Assembly: GCF_009914755.1 (NCBI RefSeq)
Contig: NC_060928.1
Length of the DNA stretch: 64,000 nucleotides
From: the human T2T-CHM13v2.0 reference genome, Homo sapiens
Reading direction: 5' to 3' (one strand)
The notes beneath the pieces were generated by a model. The model saw nothing but the letters and a program-made list of their open reading frames with translations. It made no database searches and was not told where the DNA came from. A program made the translations under genes and the position numbers. Of the stretch, positions 1 through 13,990 are shown one piece after another. Positions within the stretch are counted from its first letter, which is position 1, and each line of letters starts with the position of its first letter.

Positions 1-223
1 GCAACCTCCACATCCCAGGTTCAAGCAATTTTCCTGCCTCTGCTTCCTAAGTAGCTGGGATTACAGGCATGTGCCACCACACCCGGCTAATTTTGTATTT
101 TGAGTAGAGATGGGGGTTTCACCATGCTGGCCAGGCTGGTCTCGAACGCATGACTTCAGGTGATCTACCCTCCTTGGCCTCCCAAAGTGCTGGGATTACA
201 GGCATGAGCCACTGAGCCCGGCC
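1..223 (-). mobile_element. AluS SINE, truncated by window start
   Basis: Antisense Alu motifs gtagctgggattacagg, ccaggctggtctcgaac, cccaaagtgctgggattacaggcatgagccactgagcccggcc. Confidence 0.96.
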
Positions 224-572
224 CACACTACCTAATTTTATAGTAAGTAGCTACTATAAAGCTACACAATCAAATCAGTGTGGCCCAGAGTAGAAGGTCC
301 AGGAAGACAGCCACTCTCACATATGACCAACTGATTTTTGACAACGGTGCAAAGGCAATTCAATAGGAAAGGATTGTCTTTTCAACATATGGTGCTGGAA
401 CAATTAGACAAGACATGAAAAACCAGGGGCTGCCACCACACCTCACACCTCATACAAAATTAACTCGAATAGATGACATACCTAAATGTAAAACGTAAAA
501 CTATAAAACTTTTAGAGAGAGATAATTGGGACATTGAGTTAAGTGAACTTTTCTTATATACACCCACTGAAG

Positions 573-907
573 CAGGGGTCCCCAACCCCCTAGGCCACAG
601 AGCAGTACCTTTTCATGGCCTGTTAGGAGCCAGGCCGCACAGCAGGAGGTGAGTGGTGGGCCAGCGAGCATTACGTCCTGAGCTCCACCTCCTGTCAGAC
701 CAGCGGCTGCATGAGATTCTCTTAGGTGTGAGAACCCCGTTGTGAACCACGCATGTGAGGGATCCAGGTTGTGCACTCCTTATGAGAATCTAACTAATGC
801 CTGATGATCTGAGGTGCAACAGTTTCATCCAGAAACCATCCTCCTACCCTGGAAAAATGGTCTTCCCTGAAACTGGTCCCTGCTGCCAAAAAGGTTGAGG
901 ACGGCTG
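573..907 (+). mobile_element. MER1B-like hAT-Charlie non-autonomous DNA transposon
   Basis: Termini caggggtccccaacc...ggttgaggacggctg; 8-bp TSD cactgaag (565-572) / cactaaag (908-915); ~335 bp. Confidence 0.9.
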
Positions 908-1075
908 CACTAAAGCAGGATCCATAATAGAAAACAATGATACATTTAATTTATTAAAGTTTACCTGGCAAAAGGACATTGTTATAGAGAACAAAAAGAC
1001 AAACCACAGGCTAGGAGAAAATATTTATAAACCACAAATCTGTAAAAGGACTTGTATCCAGAATATATAGAGAAC

Positions 1076-1368
1076 TTTTTTTTTTTTTAAACAGGGTCTC
1101 ACTCTGTCTCCCAGGCTGAAGTGCAGAGGAGTGATCATGGCTCACTGCAACCTTGACCTCCTGGGCTCCAAGGATCCTCCTGCCTTAACCTCCTGAGTAT
1201 CTGGGACTACAGGTGGGCACCACTATGCCTGGCTAATTTTTGTATTTTTTGTAGAGACAGGGTTTCACCACGTTGCCCAGGCTGGTCATGAACTCCTGGC
1301 CTCAAGCAATCCCCCCGTCTTGGCCTCCCAAAGTGCTGGGATTACAGGCGTGAGCCACCGCACCTGCC
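1076..1368 (-). mobile_element. AluJ SINE
   Basis: Poly-T then acagggtctcactctg, gatcatggctcactgcaaccttgacctcctgggctc (J-type); TSD-like atagagaact / ataaagaact. Confidence 0.93.
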
Positions 1369-1495
1369 ATAAAGAACTCTTAAAGCCCAATAATAAGCGT
1401 ATTATTAATTCAATAATAAAATGGGCAAAAAGTTTGAACAGACACTTCACCAATGAAGATATAAGCACATGGCAAATAAGTACTTGAAATAAGCT

Positions 1496-2882
<1,387 letters not shown>

Positions 2883-5800
2883 AGAGATAAATTTTTTTTA
2901 AAAACAACAGGTACTTGAAAAGCTGCTCAGCATCACGCATTAGGAAAATGCACATTAAACCCCCAGTGAGGTACCACTCCACGCTGGTGAGAAGAGTTAA
3001 AATTAAAAACGAAACGAAATCCCTGACAGTACCAAATGCCAGCAAGGCTGCAAAGTGACCAGAACTCTCCTGCGTTGCTGGTGAGAATGTGTGAAAAATG
3101 GTTAACAGCGTCCCGTAGCATTCCGCACGCATTTGCCACAGGACACAGCAGTCACCATCCTGGACACTTACCCAGGCGAAATGAAACCTGTGTTGCCACA
3201 GACGCCCGAATGTCAATGGTTAGAGGAGCTTTATTGACGATCGCTCAAACTGGAAGCAACCCAGATGTCCCTCAAGTGGAGAGTGGACTAATAGACTACA
3301 ATACGGTCACGCGATGAAGTGTCACTCAGCAAGAGGAAAAGAGGAAGCATCAGTTCACACTACAATGTGGACACATCTCAGAGGGATTACGCCAAGCAAA
3401 AGGTGCCAGGTCAGAAACCGCGCACTGCGTCATCCTGTTCGTATGACATTCCGGAGAATGTCATGGACACGATAGGGATGGAGCACAGATCCTGAGTGCC
3501 ATGGGTTAAGGGGAAGGGGCGGCTTTCACTGCACTGGAATTGGTGTGGGCAGGGGAAGGGATGGAACGGTTCTGCATTTTGACTGTGGTAATGGTTATGT
3601 GACTATGCATTTGTCAAAACTGCATGCAAAAAAGTTAATTTTGCTGTATGCAAATTAGAAAATAAACTTTTTGTTTTTTTAATGTCAACACTATTGCACT
3701 GTTGGGGTCTGTCTCTCGCTCTTTCCCTGTAACACAAGAGCAGCGTGTCCCAGATGGGGTTGCTTCCTCAGCCCAGGTCCCGGATAGACCCAGCGACTCC
3801 CGGAGACTTGGGACTGGTGTCCAGAGCTGGGCGCTGCCCAGGAAGGAGCAGGAGAGACGGGGCACACCTGGACCTCTTGCTCCCTCTGTCCTGTCTCAGA
3901 ATCTGGTTCAGCCCCTCCCCAATGCCCCTGGAGCCACAGCCTGTGTTGGCCTGGACACTGCGGTTTGGTCTGCCCAGACCCCTCCCTGCTTCTCCCTGTG
4001 GTGAACGCGTTCACTCGACTTTGAGAACACCCTCTCCCCTCTGGGTGGTTCCACTGCGGCTGCCAGCCCTGCCTCCCACGCCCCTGCCAGAGAAGACGCA
4101 TGACCTGGCCATGCCAATCAGAAGCCTTCTGTGGATGTTATGCCGGCATTGGAGAGAGAGAGGACCTCTGTCTTTCTGTGGATTTGAGCTGTCAGAGTGT
4201 GACCTTGAGTAGTTGGTGGCCACATCCTTTGCCATTTGGAAAAGTCCAAGTGACCACCAGAGATGGCAAAGGCACTGGTTCCAATCTGAGGGGTATGCTC
4301 CATCCCTACGCCTGCCAGCCGGGGCAGCCAAAAGCCCCCCTTTTGTCTTGAATAGCTTGGGACTCCACCTGGAACCCTGAGTCCCTGCTGCTGCTCCCCT
4401 GGGCTGTGAGATGCTCCCAGGTCTGCAGCTCTCTCTCCTGGCAGCACCGCAGACTCAGAGCCTGAACTCTGCCCGGCCAGACTGAGGGCAGCCAGAGCCC
4501 CAGCAAGCCTCCATGCCCAGATTGGCCTGGGCCAAGCCCACGGCCAGGGCCAGCAAGCAGAGAGGACCAGAATGGCCCGTGCTTTTGGCAAGAGCTGGCC
4601 TGGAGCACGGAGGCAGCTGCCACCCTCCCTGGAGCCCCACAACAACCCCCCTTCTAGAGTGTGACTCTAGAGCCACACTCTTCCCTCCAGCTGCTCTCTC
4701 TTCCACCTCTCCCCGCACCAGCACCGACACCCAGTGCACGGAGTGCACACCCCACGCCAGCCCACGCTAAGCTGGGGAGGAATCCATGCGGAGGAACCTG
4801 CTCTGCCCCGGAGGCTCACAGCCTGGTGGAGAGGAGGACGAGTTCACAAATCATTGCAACCCAGGGACGCGGCAAGGGCCTCAGTAAAACCAACAAATAA
4901 CCAGGAACTGACCACAGGCTTTGCTCCAGGCAGTGAGCCCAGCACAGTAAACCTCAAAGGGCCGGAGTCTTTCCAGGTGTCCCGAGAGGCATCTGGCAGG
5001 GAGGTGGTGCCTGAATTTTAGAGCTGAGCTGGGTTTTCAGGGAAAACCAGGGGAGTTTCCCCCAACGTCATCCAGGGAAATCTCCGTCAGGTTGGGCGGC
5101 AGCACAGAGGAGCAGCTGGGAGAACTGAGGTCTCACCAAGGAAGCCACCATCAGCCGGTCCTGGGGCCTAAGGCACTGTCATTTGCAGGGCAGAGCCATG
5201 GACAAGGCCCACGGGGGTGGCTGGGCATGCTGGGGAGGGGCTCCACGGACAAAGAAAAAGGGGCCCAGCAGGGGTGAGGCGGGGAGGTCAGGGGTCAAGG
5301 CACAGGGCTGGGAGGAGCCGTGGGCAGGAGGCAGTGTCCCCGAAGAAGCCGGGCCAAACACCGAGGCCTGGACCATGGTTGGGCTGGTGGCCCCCGCCCA
5401 GCACTGGACAGCACATACCACCCCTCACTGAGGCCTTGTCCCCCTCCTCACTCCTCTCCCCAGCTTCACTCCCCATACAGTGAAATCACTGAATTGTTGC
5501 TGCCCCAAATATCATTTTCTGATTTCCAGCCGGTTTGGACTGGAAGGAACCTTCATGTCCATCCCTCGCAGCTGGCCTGCCCGGGAGTCCCAGGCTCTCC
5601 CTCTGCCCTCCAGCCACAGACCCCCGGGGATGCCGCCTTTCATCAGCAGGCCCAGGGGCTGGCACTGCCTGGCAAGGGGCCTGCTGCATCTGGGAGCCAG
5701 GACGGGGCTCCAGGCTGCCCCTCAGACCCGGCCACAGGGTGCCGCTGCCCAGGCACTGGCTCAACAAACAGTCACTAAACACCTCTTAGGGATGACAGTT

Positions 5801-5956
5801 CTGCTCTGGGCATTGAGCCACAGACAGATGACCACACCCTCATGGAACATTCTGGAGGGAGATGCAGAGAACAAATGGGAAAATAGGAAGGGTGTGAGGA
5901 CAGTAACCCATGGTGGCTAGAGTGCAGCTTCCCAAGTTGTGCACTGGGCACATCAG

Positions 5957-6135
5957 GCTGTCACCTGTGCAAATGGGTCACCTGTACAAATGGGTCACCT
6001 ATGCAGATGGTTCATCTGGGAATAAACGTCACCTGTGAAGGAGGGTCACCTGTGCAGGTGGGTCGCCTGTGAAGGAGGGTAGGTATTCTGTGGAGATGAA
6101 CCACCTATAAAGGAGGGTCATTTGTGAAGGGGGGT
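5957..6135. repeat. Degenerate ~17-bp tandem repeat (gggtcacctgtgcaaat)
   Basis: Repeated gtcacctgt cores at ~17-bp spacing. Confidence 0.75.
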
Positions 6136-8767
6136 GGTGAGATATTGGTCTTCCCCACCCACAGCAGAGGCTCTGGGTCCTGGAGGAGGTGAAGCCCTAG
6201 GCTAGTAGCCTCCTGCCCACAGCGGCCTTGGCAGGGGCTCCTCAGAAGGTGCCTAAGTGGCAGGGTCAGAGGACAAGCCCTGTGGTCCCCGCAGATGATG
6301 ACCACGGCAGCCACATCAGCACTTGTGCTCAGGGACACAGGAGCCCTTCAGAGGCTCTGCCTCCTGTTGCCAACTTCAGCAGCCCAAGCCTCTACTTGCT
6401 TCGGGTGAGGCCCATGCCTGGTGCCCCAGGGTCAGGGTGGGGCAGCAGAGTGAGTGGCCCCTAGGGGCTCTTGAGGCACAGCTGCAGGCAGTGGGCATCA
6501 GCAGCCCCTCAGCCGCCGAGGCCAGCTGGGCCACTCAGGCTGGGTAATTTGCACGTGGGGGCTTTGCCATTGGCTTTGAAGTTTGTGAAGTGAGAGCAGC
6601 CAGTCGCCTCCAGGTTCTCTGCGATCACAGGACATTGCAAGGTTACATTTTTCAATGAAATAAAAATCACGGAGCCAGCTGCTGGCATCCCTAAACACAG
6701 CGCCCGCCGCTGCCGGCTTCTGACGGCTGCAACCCTTGTTGAAAATATTTACCCCCATCAGGATGGGCTGTTTCTCGTCCGCGGTGACCTGCAAGAATTT
6801 GAAAATAGAATCATTTAAAGCCCCAATGGAGAATTACTCGAGAATTACTTGGGCCGTCTTACGTGTGAAGCACTATAGAAAAATGCCCGCGTTTCTCATG
6901 AAGTGCTGCAAACTCCGGTTTCTCACTAAAATTCAGGAAAAGTTACTTGGAAGTTTTATACAAATTCAACATGAAAAATTGTCCTAATTATAAAATACAA
7001 AGAAAACATAGCGCATTTCTTTCCTCCGAGTCCCCAGGCCAACTCCACTTTACTCAGAGTGTCATACGAATGACACCATTTCTTTGCATGGTGTGCTGAG
7101 GAAAAGCGTGGGCAGCCCGAGGGAGCCCCGCACAGGCTGCAAGGAGGCCTGGGGGAAAAATGGGGTGCAGGGGGCGTGGTCAGAGCAGCAAGGAGGCCGT
7201 GGGGCCGGTGCAGTGGCCAAGGAGGTGGAGGTGGAAGCTGAGGCAAGAGGGTCCCCGGCCGCCCCTTGGAGGCCAGGCTGAGTGGCTGCATCTGACCCTA
7301 GGATGGGTGAGTAGGTGGGGGATTTCATAGGGGGCCACGGTTTGTGAGATGCAAAGCCCCATGGGTGGGAGGCCAAACCTGTTGACCCCTCAGTCTCTGT
7401 ACGCTGAGATGTGGCCTGTGTGTGATGGGGGCTCATAGCTCCACGTTCCGCTGAGGGCAGGTTGGCAAACTTGTTGCTGGCGGCCCCAGGGCCCTGCACG
7501 CTGGCTGCGCGACACTTAGCAGGGAAGCCAGAGCCCTTAGGGAGGCATTGAACACTTCTGAGCACTTTGCATAGGTGACCCCCCCCACTTCAGAGACATG
7601 CCCCTTCCCCAAGATGAGCCCCTTCCCGGGGGGCTAGTGAGGAAGGCTCTGGGCACCTGGGGTGCGCAGCTGGGACGGGGAAATTAGCACAGCACATTAA
7701 CACAAGGACGCACGAGGATAATGTGCTCTCAGGAAGGAGATCGATGGGCCCTCTCTGGGTGCCTGAAAGGAGTCCAAGGTCAAATGGCTCGGGGCTGCGG
7801 GCTGCCGGCGGTCAGGCTTTCGGTGAAGCCACGCAGACCCCAAGGAAGGCAGTGCTGAAGTTGCAGGTGCCAGGTCAAGGCCTCCCTTCTCGGGCGTACG
7901 TGGGGCTTCTCCACCCCCTCCCCTGCCCCGTCGTCCCCACCAGCACCCCAGGATCCACTCTCTTGGCCCACCCCACCTGTCTGGGAACTCACTTTGCCAC
8001 CTCCCATGCCCCCAGCTCTGCCTTGGGTGAGCTCCCAGATGGCCTCGATGGCACCCAGTGAGGTGGGCCTGCCTTAGATGGGACACTCACGTTCTGCTAA
8101 ACAGGAAAATGCCTTTGCCACCTGCCCCAAGAAGGAACGGATGGAGCTCATTTGCGCCACGGGAAACACAAGACAAACCATTTGCCAGCAACTGTCTGTG
8201 TGCCCAACGCCAGATCACAGGGTTACTCCTGGGGTCTTGCCCCCAATCTACAGCCACCTGGTCACTTCCAGGGTGTCATCTCCATCTTGTTGACAAGGGA
8301 GAGAAAGCGGCTCCCCCTGGGTGGTGTAGCCAGGCTGGAGTCGGGCTAACCTGTCTCCCCACAGCCGGGTTCTGATCGGATGTGACCCATGGATTTGGCC
8401 TCGTGCTGCTGGATGGAGCAGCCCTCGAAGACAGCCCGTGCTTTGCTCTGCTGAGAGGATGAGAGGCTGCCCCATGATGCTGTGGCCACACAGAGAGGCC
8501 CTTGGCTGCAAGGGCAGGTCAGCCATAAGCAATGGCCCCCAAACAACATCATCCCCAGCTGTTTGCCAAAGTGGTCGTTAGGCAGAGGACGGCCGGTATG
8601 ACAAGAGTTGTACCTACATGCCCTGCGACAACCCAGCAGGAGACAGGCACAGGCCACAGCCAGGTTGGGGGACAAGAGTAGGGAAGGGCTTCAGGAGATA
8701 CTGGGGGGACTGGCCTGTCCTGGGCTGGGGCAGGCACATCACAGGAGGGTCATTTGATGAGAGCAAC

Positions 8768-8791
8768 AGAGAGAGAGAGAGAGAGAGAGAG
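8768..8791. repeat. (GA)n microsatellite
   Basis: Read directly. Confidence 0.9.
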
Positions 8792-9496
8792 TGCCCCATG
8801 TACCATCCATGTGTCAGCTGGCCCTTGCCAGCCACGCACACAGGAACGGGCCCTTGCCAGCCGCACACAGGCCCTACTCTCCTCATGTTATTCACTCACT
8901 GACTCATTCACGCACTCACTCATTCTTTCATTTGCAGAGTGAGCACCTGCGAGCCGGGACCTGGGGGTGGGTGCAGCCGTGTGTGACAAAAGCGTGCTGC
9001 CCACGGGGCTCCCTGTCCAGAGGCAGCAGAAATGAAGGAGCCAGACAGCGTTGGGAGGAGCCCGGCCCCAGAGCCCAGAGGACTTGCTGTGAATGTAGCA
9101 GAGGAGGGTCAGGGTGGGATTTGCTCCAGCCCCTTGGGTCAGGGCCTGCGCAGTCCACACCTCTGTCTCCCTCCACATCTACAGAAAGAGGTGACGTTGG
9201 TGAGGGCCAGGACACATGGCCAGGCCTTTGGTGGCAGCATTGCCTCCTCACCCTCATCAGCCCTGGCACCCCCGGCAGTGACCCCCACCCCCAGGCTCTC
9301 AGGGTCCTTCCTATAGAACAGGATGTGCCTTGAACCTCCCAGGAGACAGTGGGCACTGAGCAAACATTCCTCCTGCTGTCCTCCCATGCCAGTCCCCAAG
9401 GCCACCAACCTGGCCCAGGGTTTCCTTCCGTGGGTGTGTTGAGGAAGCATGTCACTGCTGGATTCCACCTGCCGAAGTGCTCCGAGTACACATGCA

Positions 9497-9720
9497 GGGC
9501 TCTGAGGTGTTCCCTGCTCACAGGCGGGGCTCCGAGGTGCTCCCTGCCCACAGGTGGGGGCTCCAAGGTGCTTCCCAGCTTACAGGTGGGGTTCTGAGGT
9601 GCTCCCTACTCACAGGCAGGTTTCTGGGGTGGTGCCCGCTCACAGGTGGGGTTCTGAGGTGCCCCCCACCCACAGGCAGTGTTCTGAGGTGCCCCCTGCT
9701 CACAGACAGGGCTCTGAGGT
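9497..9720. repeat. ~30-bp VNTR, ~7 copies
   Basis: Unit gggttctgaggtgctccctgctcacaggtg repeated with variants. Confidence 0.92.
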
Positions 9721-10653
9721 TTGTGGGTCTTGCTGCCACCCTCCCAGGAGACAGACAGGAACCCGGCTGGGTGAGTGATTTGGAAGGAGGAGGGAACATC
9801 ACTGACCCCTCTCACAAACAGGAAGGGCAGCCTTGCTGAGCATTTTACTAAATACCCTGCACTCTGCAGGCATGATCCCGCACAAAATGGATCAAAAGCC
9901 GGGTGATCGGACCATGCCTGTGTGAGCCCCTCATGGCCTCCCAGGGAAGGCCCTTGGCACCCAGGACAGAGCCCCTGTCCGCCCACATCCCCTCCCTGCT
10001 CCCCCGACCTGCCCACCCTCACCTTCCCCTCCGTCCTGTTCTGGCCACGCAGGGTCTTTCCACTGCGGCGTCTCCGCTGACTCTCACTGGGGACTTGCCC
10101 CTGCTTCGCACCCAGTGTCTGTGGGGTCCAGTAATGCCTGTGGAAGACTTTATGGGCAAGAAGGGTTATTTACTATTTAATCGGGTTTTAACTTAATACA
10201 CAACTTATTAAAGTTAACATTGACGTTTCATATTCAAAAAGCCAATTTCCCTTGAGCCGTAAAGCTCGACTTACAAATCTCATTGTACTGTTTATAAAGC
10301 TAGTCATTGTTGAATAAGAAAAGTATCTTTTACGTGTTCTTTAAGTAGCATCCGAGGCACTGAAATTAAAGACCTTAGCCCCCTGTGCTTTATTTGCCTA
10401 CTCCACACATCTAATTAATTACACCTTTTAGATTGCATTCATAAAATTAATATTTTTAGAGGTTTTATTTTTTCCCTAAGAACTTCAAAGGCCTGTCAGG
10501 GTATTCTTATAGACCTAACATAAAAACCTTCCGAAGCACTTTAATAGCCCCTGGAAATAAAATAAACTGTATCCATTGCTATGCTGTCAGTAAGTTCATT
10601 CCAACCCTCTCCTTCATTCTATTTAGAACCACTACACTCTCGGCATTGTCTAG

Positions 10654-10967
<314 letters not shown>

Positions 10968-11129
10968 TGGATGTGGGTTTTTGTGCCGAGCTCATAGCCT
11001 CCTCCGGCTGCCTTCCAACCTAACTCCACCCCCTGGCCCCTGGCTCAAAACTATCCCCCAGGCTGTAGGAGGGCCAAGGATGCTCACCCCGCTCCCTCCA
11101 TGCTTGCCACAAAACCTTCTGGGCATCTC

Positions 11130-11480
11130 CTGCCTCTGTGCCTTTGCAGCGGCTGTTCCCTCTGCCTGGAATGCTCTTCCTCCTATGTCTGCTCAACCTC
11201 AAGGCATTCAGGCTTCATCTGGATGGCCCGGGAGGCTATCAGGGCCCTGCCCTGAATTGAGCCCAGCCACCGTCCCTGGCTTTACTTTCCCATGTGGCAT
11301 TTACCACCACTGGGCCCCACCCATGGGTCTGCTGTGGGTTTGCTGTCAGCCTCTCCCTGGAGGTCAGCTCCTGGAGGGCAGCACCTTCTGCTGCTCACAC
11401 CTCTGTCCCAGGCTACCCTGGAAAGAGTCTGGAACAGAGGAGGCATCAGCAAGTGTTGACTGGATGAATGAATGAATGAA
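11130..11480 (+). mobile_element. L2 LINE 3' end fragment
   Basis: gcctttgcagcggctgttccctctgcctggaatgctctt, agctcctggagggcag, terminal tgaatgaatgaa. Confidence 0.75.
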
Positions 11481-12378
11481 TCAGTCTGTCAATCAATCAA
11501 CCAACCAGATCAATCGCCCTCACAAAGATGATCCCTTGCGAGAGGGCCGTGCTGCTCCGGGTACTGTTCCACTTCAACGTTCCTTCCTGTTTCTTTCTGT
11601 CCCAAGATTAAAACATCACCACCGAACGAGGAGGGTGGGGACATGGCCATCATTTCAGGCCAGCCAGGGTTGCTGCACCGAAGTCCAGGTGGTCGGAGAG
11701 CCGTAGAACCATGGCCGTGTGCTTCGTGACGTCTGTCCCAGGTCACCAACTGCTGAGCCCTGGCCACCCTCGCAGCCACCCCAACTCCATTCCTGGTTCA
11801 GGCCCTTGGATGGCCAATAGGATTCACACTCCTTTCCTGGGTATTCTTGTCCTGGCCACAAGGCCGAGGTTGCCAAAGGGTACTGCTGACCCCCCGCTAC
11901 CCTCCTGCTCCATCCACCCAGCGCATTCACACTCCCACAGCTGCCCCCGGGCCATGTCTGTCTCTGCCCCTGGGTTGCTGGAGACATCTGACTCCCATCC
12001 CACCCTCACGTTTGGGTAAACAGAGCCCCCTCTCTGGGAAAGGGGACAACAGCTGGGCTCCTGGTGGGGACGCATGGAGGTCAAGGAGCCTGCAGGCCAC
12101 CAGCACCACAGGAGAAGGGTGCCCTTAGCGCCTGGCCATTTGGACCCAGTGTGGCCATCACAGCACTCCTTAGGAATGTGTCATCTATTGTATGACACTC
12201 TCTATCCAGTGCAGTGTGTGACAGCATATTAAGGACTGCTATTTCAATTACTATGAATAATAGAGCAGCCTGGGGAACTGACTGCCTCTCAGGCCCTGGA
12301 ACGAGGAAGCCACAGTGTTGACATTCACACACCTTACAAAGTCAGGGACAGAGCTGGATGGGGGCGAAGAGAGGTGGT

Positions 12379-13165
12379 GGGTGCTCCACGGGTGAGGAGG
12401 TGGGTGCTCCTTGAGTGAGGACCTGGGTGCTCCTTGCATGAAGAGGTAGGTGCTCCTTGAGTGAGGACCTGAGTGCTCCTCGGGTGAGGAGGGGGGTGCT
12501 CCTTGGGTGAGGACCTGGGTGCTCCTTGCATGAGGAGGCAGGTGCTCCCTGGGTGAGGACCTGGGTGCTCCTCGGGTGAGGACCTGGGTGCTCCTTGCAT
12601 GAAGAGGTAGGTGCTCCTTGAGTGAGGACCTGGGTGCTCCTTGCATGAAGAGGTAGGTGCTCCTTGAGTGAGGACCTGGGTGCTCCTTGCATGAAGAGGT
12701 AGGTGCTCCTTGAGTGAGGACCTGGGTGCTCCTCGGGTGAGGAGGTGGGTGCTCCTTGAGTGAGGACCTGGGTGCTCCTTGCATGAAGAGGTAGGTGCTC
12801 CTTGCATGAAGAGGTAGGTGCTCCTTGAGTGAGGACCTGGGTGCTCCTTGAGTGAGGACCTGGGTGCTCCTCGGGTGAGGAGGTGGGTGCTCCTTGAGTG
12901 AGGACCTGGGTGCTCCTCGGGTGAGGAGGTGGGTGCTCCTTGAGTGAGGACCTGGCTGCTCACTGCATGAGGAGGTTGGTGCTCCCTGGGTAAAGAAGTA
13001 GGTGCTCCTTGGGTGAGGAGGTGGGTGCTCCTTGAGTTGGGATCAGGTGCTCCTTGAATGAGGATCTGGGTGTTCCTTTCATGAGGAGGTAGGTGCTCCT
13101 TGAGTGAGGAGGCGAGGACCCAGATGCTCTTTGCATGAGGATGTGGGTGCTCCCGGGGTGAGGAC
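12379..13165. repeat. 23-bp VNTR, ~34 copies, three interspersed variant units
   Basis: Units ggtgctccttgagtgaggacctg / ggtgctccttgcatgaagaggta / ggtgctcctcgggtgaggaggtg. Confidence 0.96.
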
Positions 13166-13501
13166 GCAGATGTCTTTGGGTGTGGCTGTCTCCTGCAGAC
13201 ATAGCCACTGTCCTCTGTGTGCTCTGGATCTGTGCTGCAGCATTAATGGTTGTAAAGCCTGTCCATCCTTCAGTCTCTCTGGAGGCCAGCTGTGTGTGAG
13301 GCACATGTCACAGTCAGACATGTGGGGGCCCCCGCTGGCCCAGGTCACTCCCTGAGGCAGGGGTGCTGAGAGTGGGCCCAGGCCCAGAGATGGCAGAGGC
13401 CACTTAGGGCAGATGTGGCTGCAGAGAGCGGGGTGGACAGTGCCGGAAGGTGCATCTCCACTCCTTTTTTCTGAGACTTTCTGGGAGGTTGTCAGGGAGA
13501 C

Positions 13502-13600
13502 TGCCAGGATGGCCTTCCCACCACCAGGATGGCATTCCCGCCGCCAGGAGGGCAGTCCCGCCGCCAGGAGGGCAGTCCCGCCGCCAGGATGGCAGTCCCA
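13502..13600. repeat. 20-bp tandem repeat, ~5 copies
   Basis: ccgccaggagggcagtcccg repeated. Confidence 0.9.
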
Positions 13601-13864
13601 TCACTACGAGCACAACGTTTTCCATTTCTCTATTCCATTTTGTCATTTTTTTCCTCACTCTCCTCCTTAGGATCCTGCCAGACAATTTCGCCTTTGAAAG
13701 AAGGGCCATGTTCATAAACTGGGGCGAGCCTTCAGGCCTCTCGGGGTCCTCCAAGCAGAAGGGGGACTGGGAGTGGACTGCGCAGGGGTTGAGAGCAGGG
13801 GCTTTGTGGCCAGAGGGCTGTGGGGAAAGCCCAGATCGGCCTCCAGGGACGCGTGACTCCGGGC

Positions 13865-13990
13865 CTGTTACTTAACCTTGCTGTGCCTCAGTTTCCTCAC
13901 TTGCAAAGCAGGGACATTGTGTGCCAGCTTGCTGTGAGATCTCCTCAGTTTGCTGCATGCGGTGCTCGGGTCAGGTGGCTCACAGCGGGT
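13865..13990 (+). mobile_element. MIR SINE fragment
   Basis: gttacttaaccttgctgtgcctcagtttcctcacttgcaaa (MIR core). Confidence 0.75.

Noticed and set aside
12251-12963. 177-209 aa minus-strand ORFs
   Set aside because: Translations of the 23-bp VNTR
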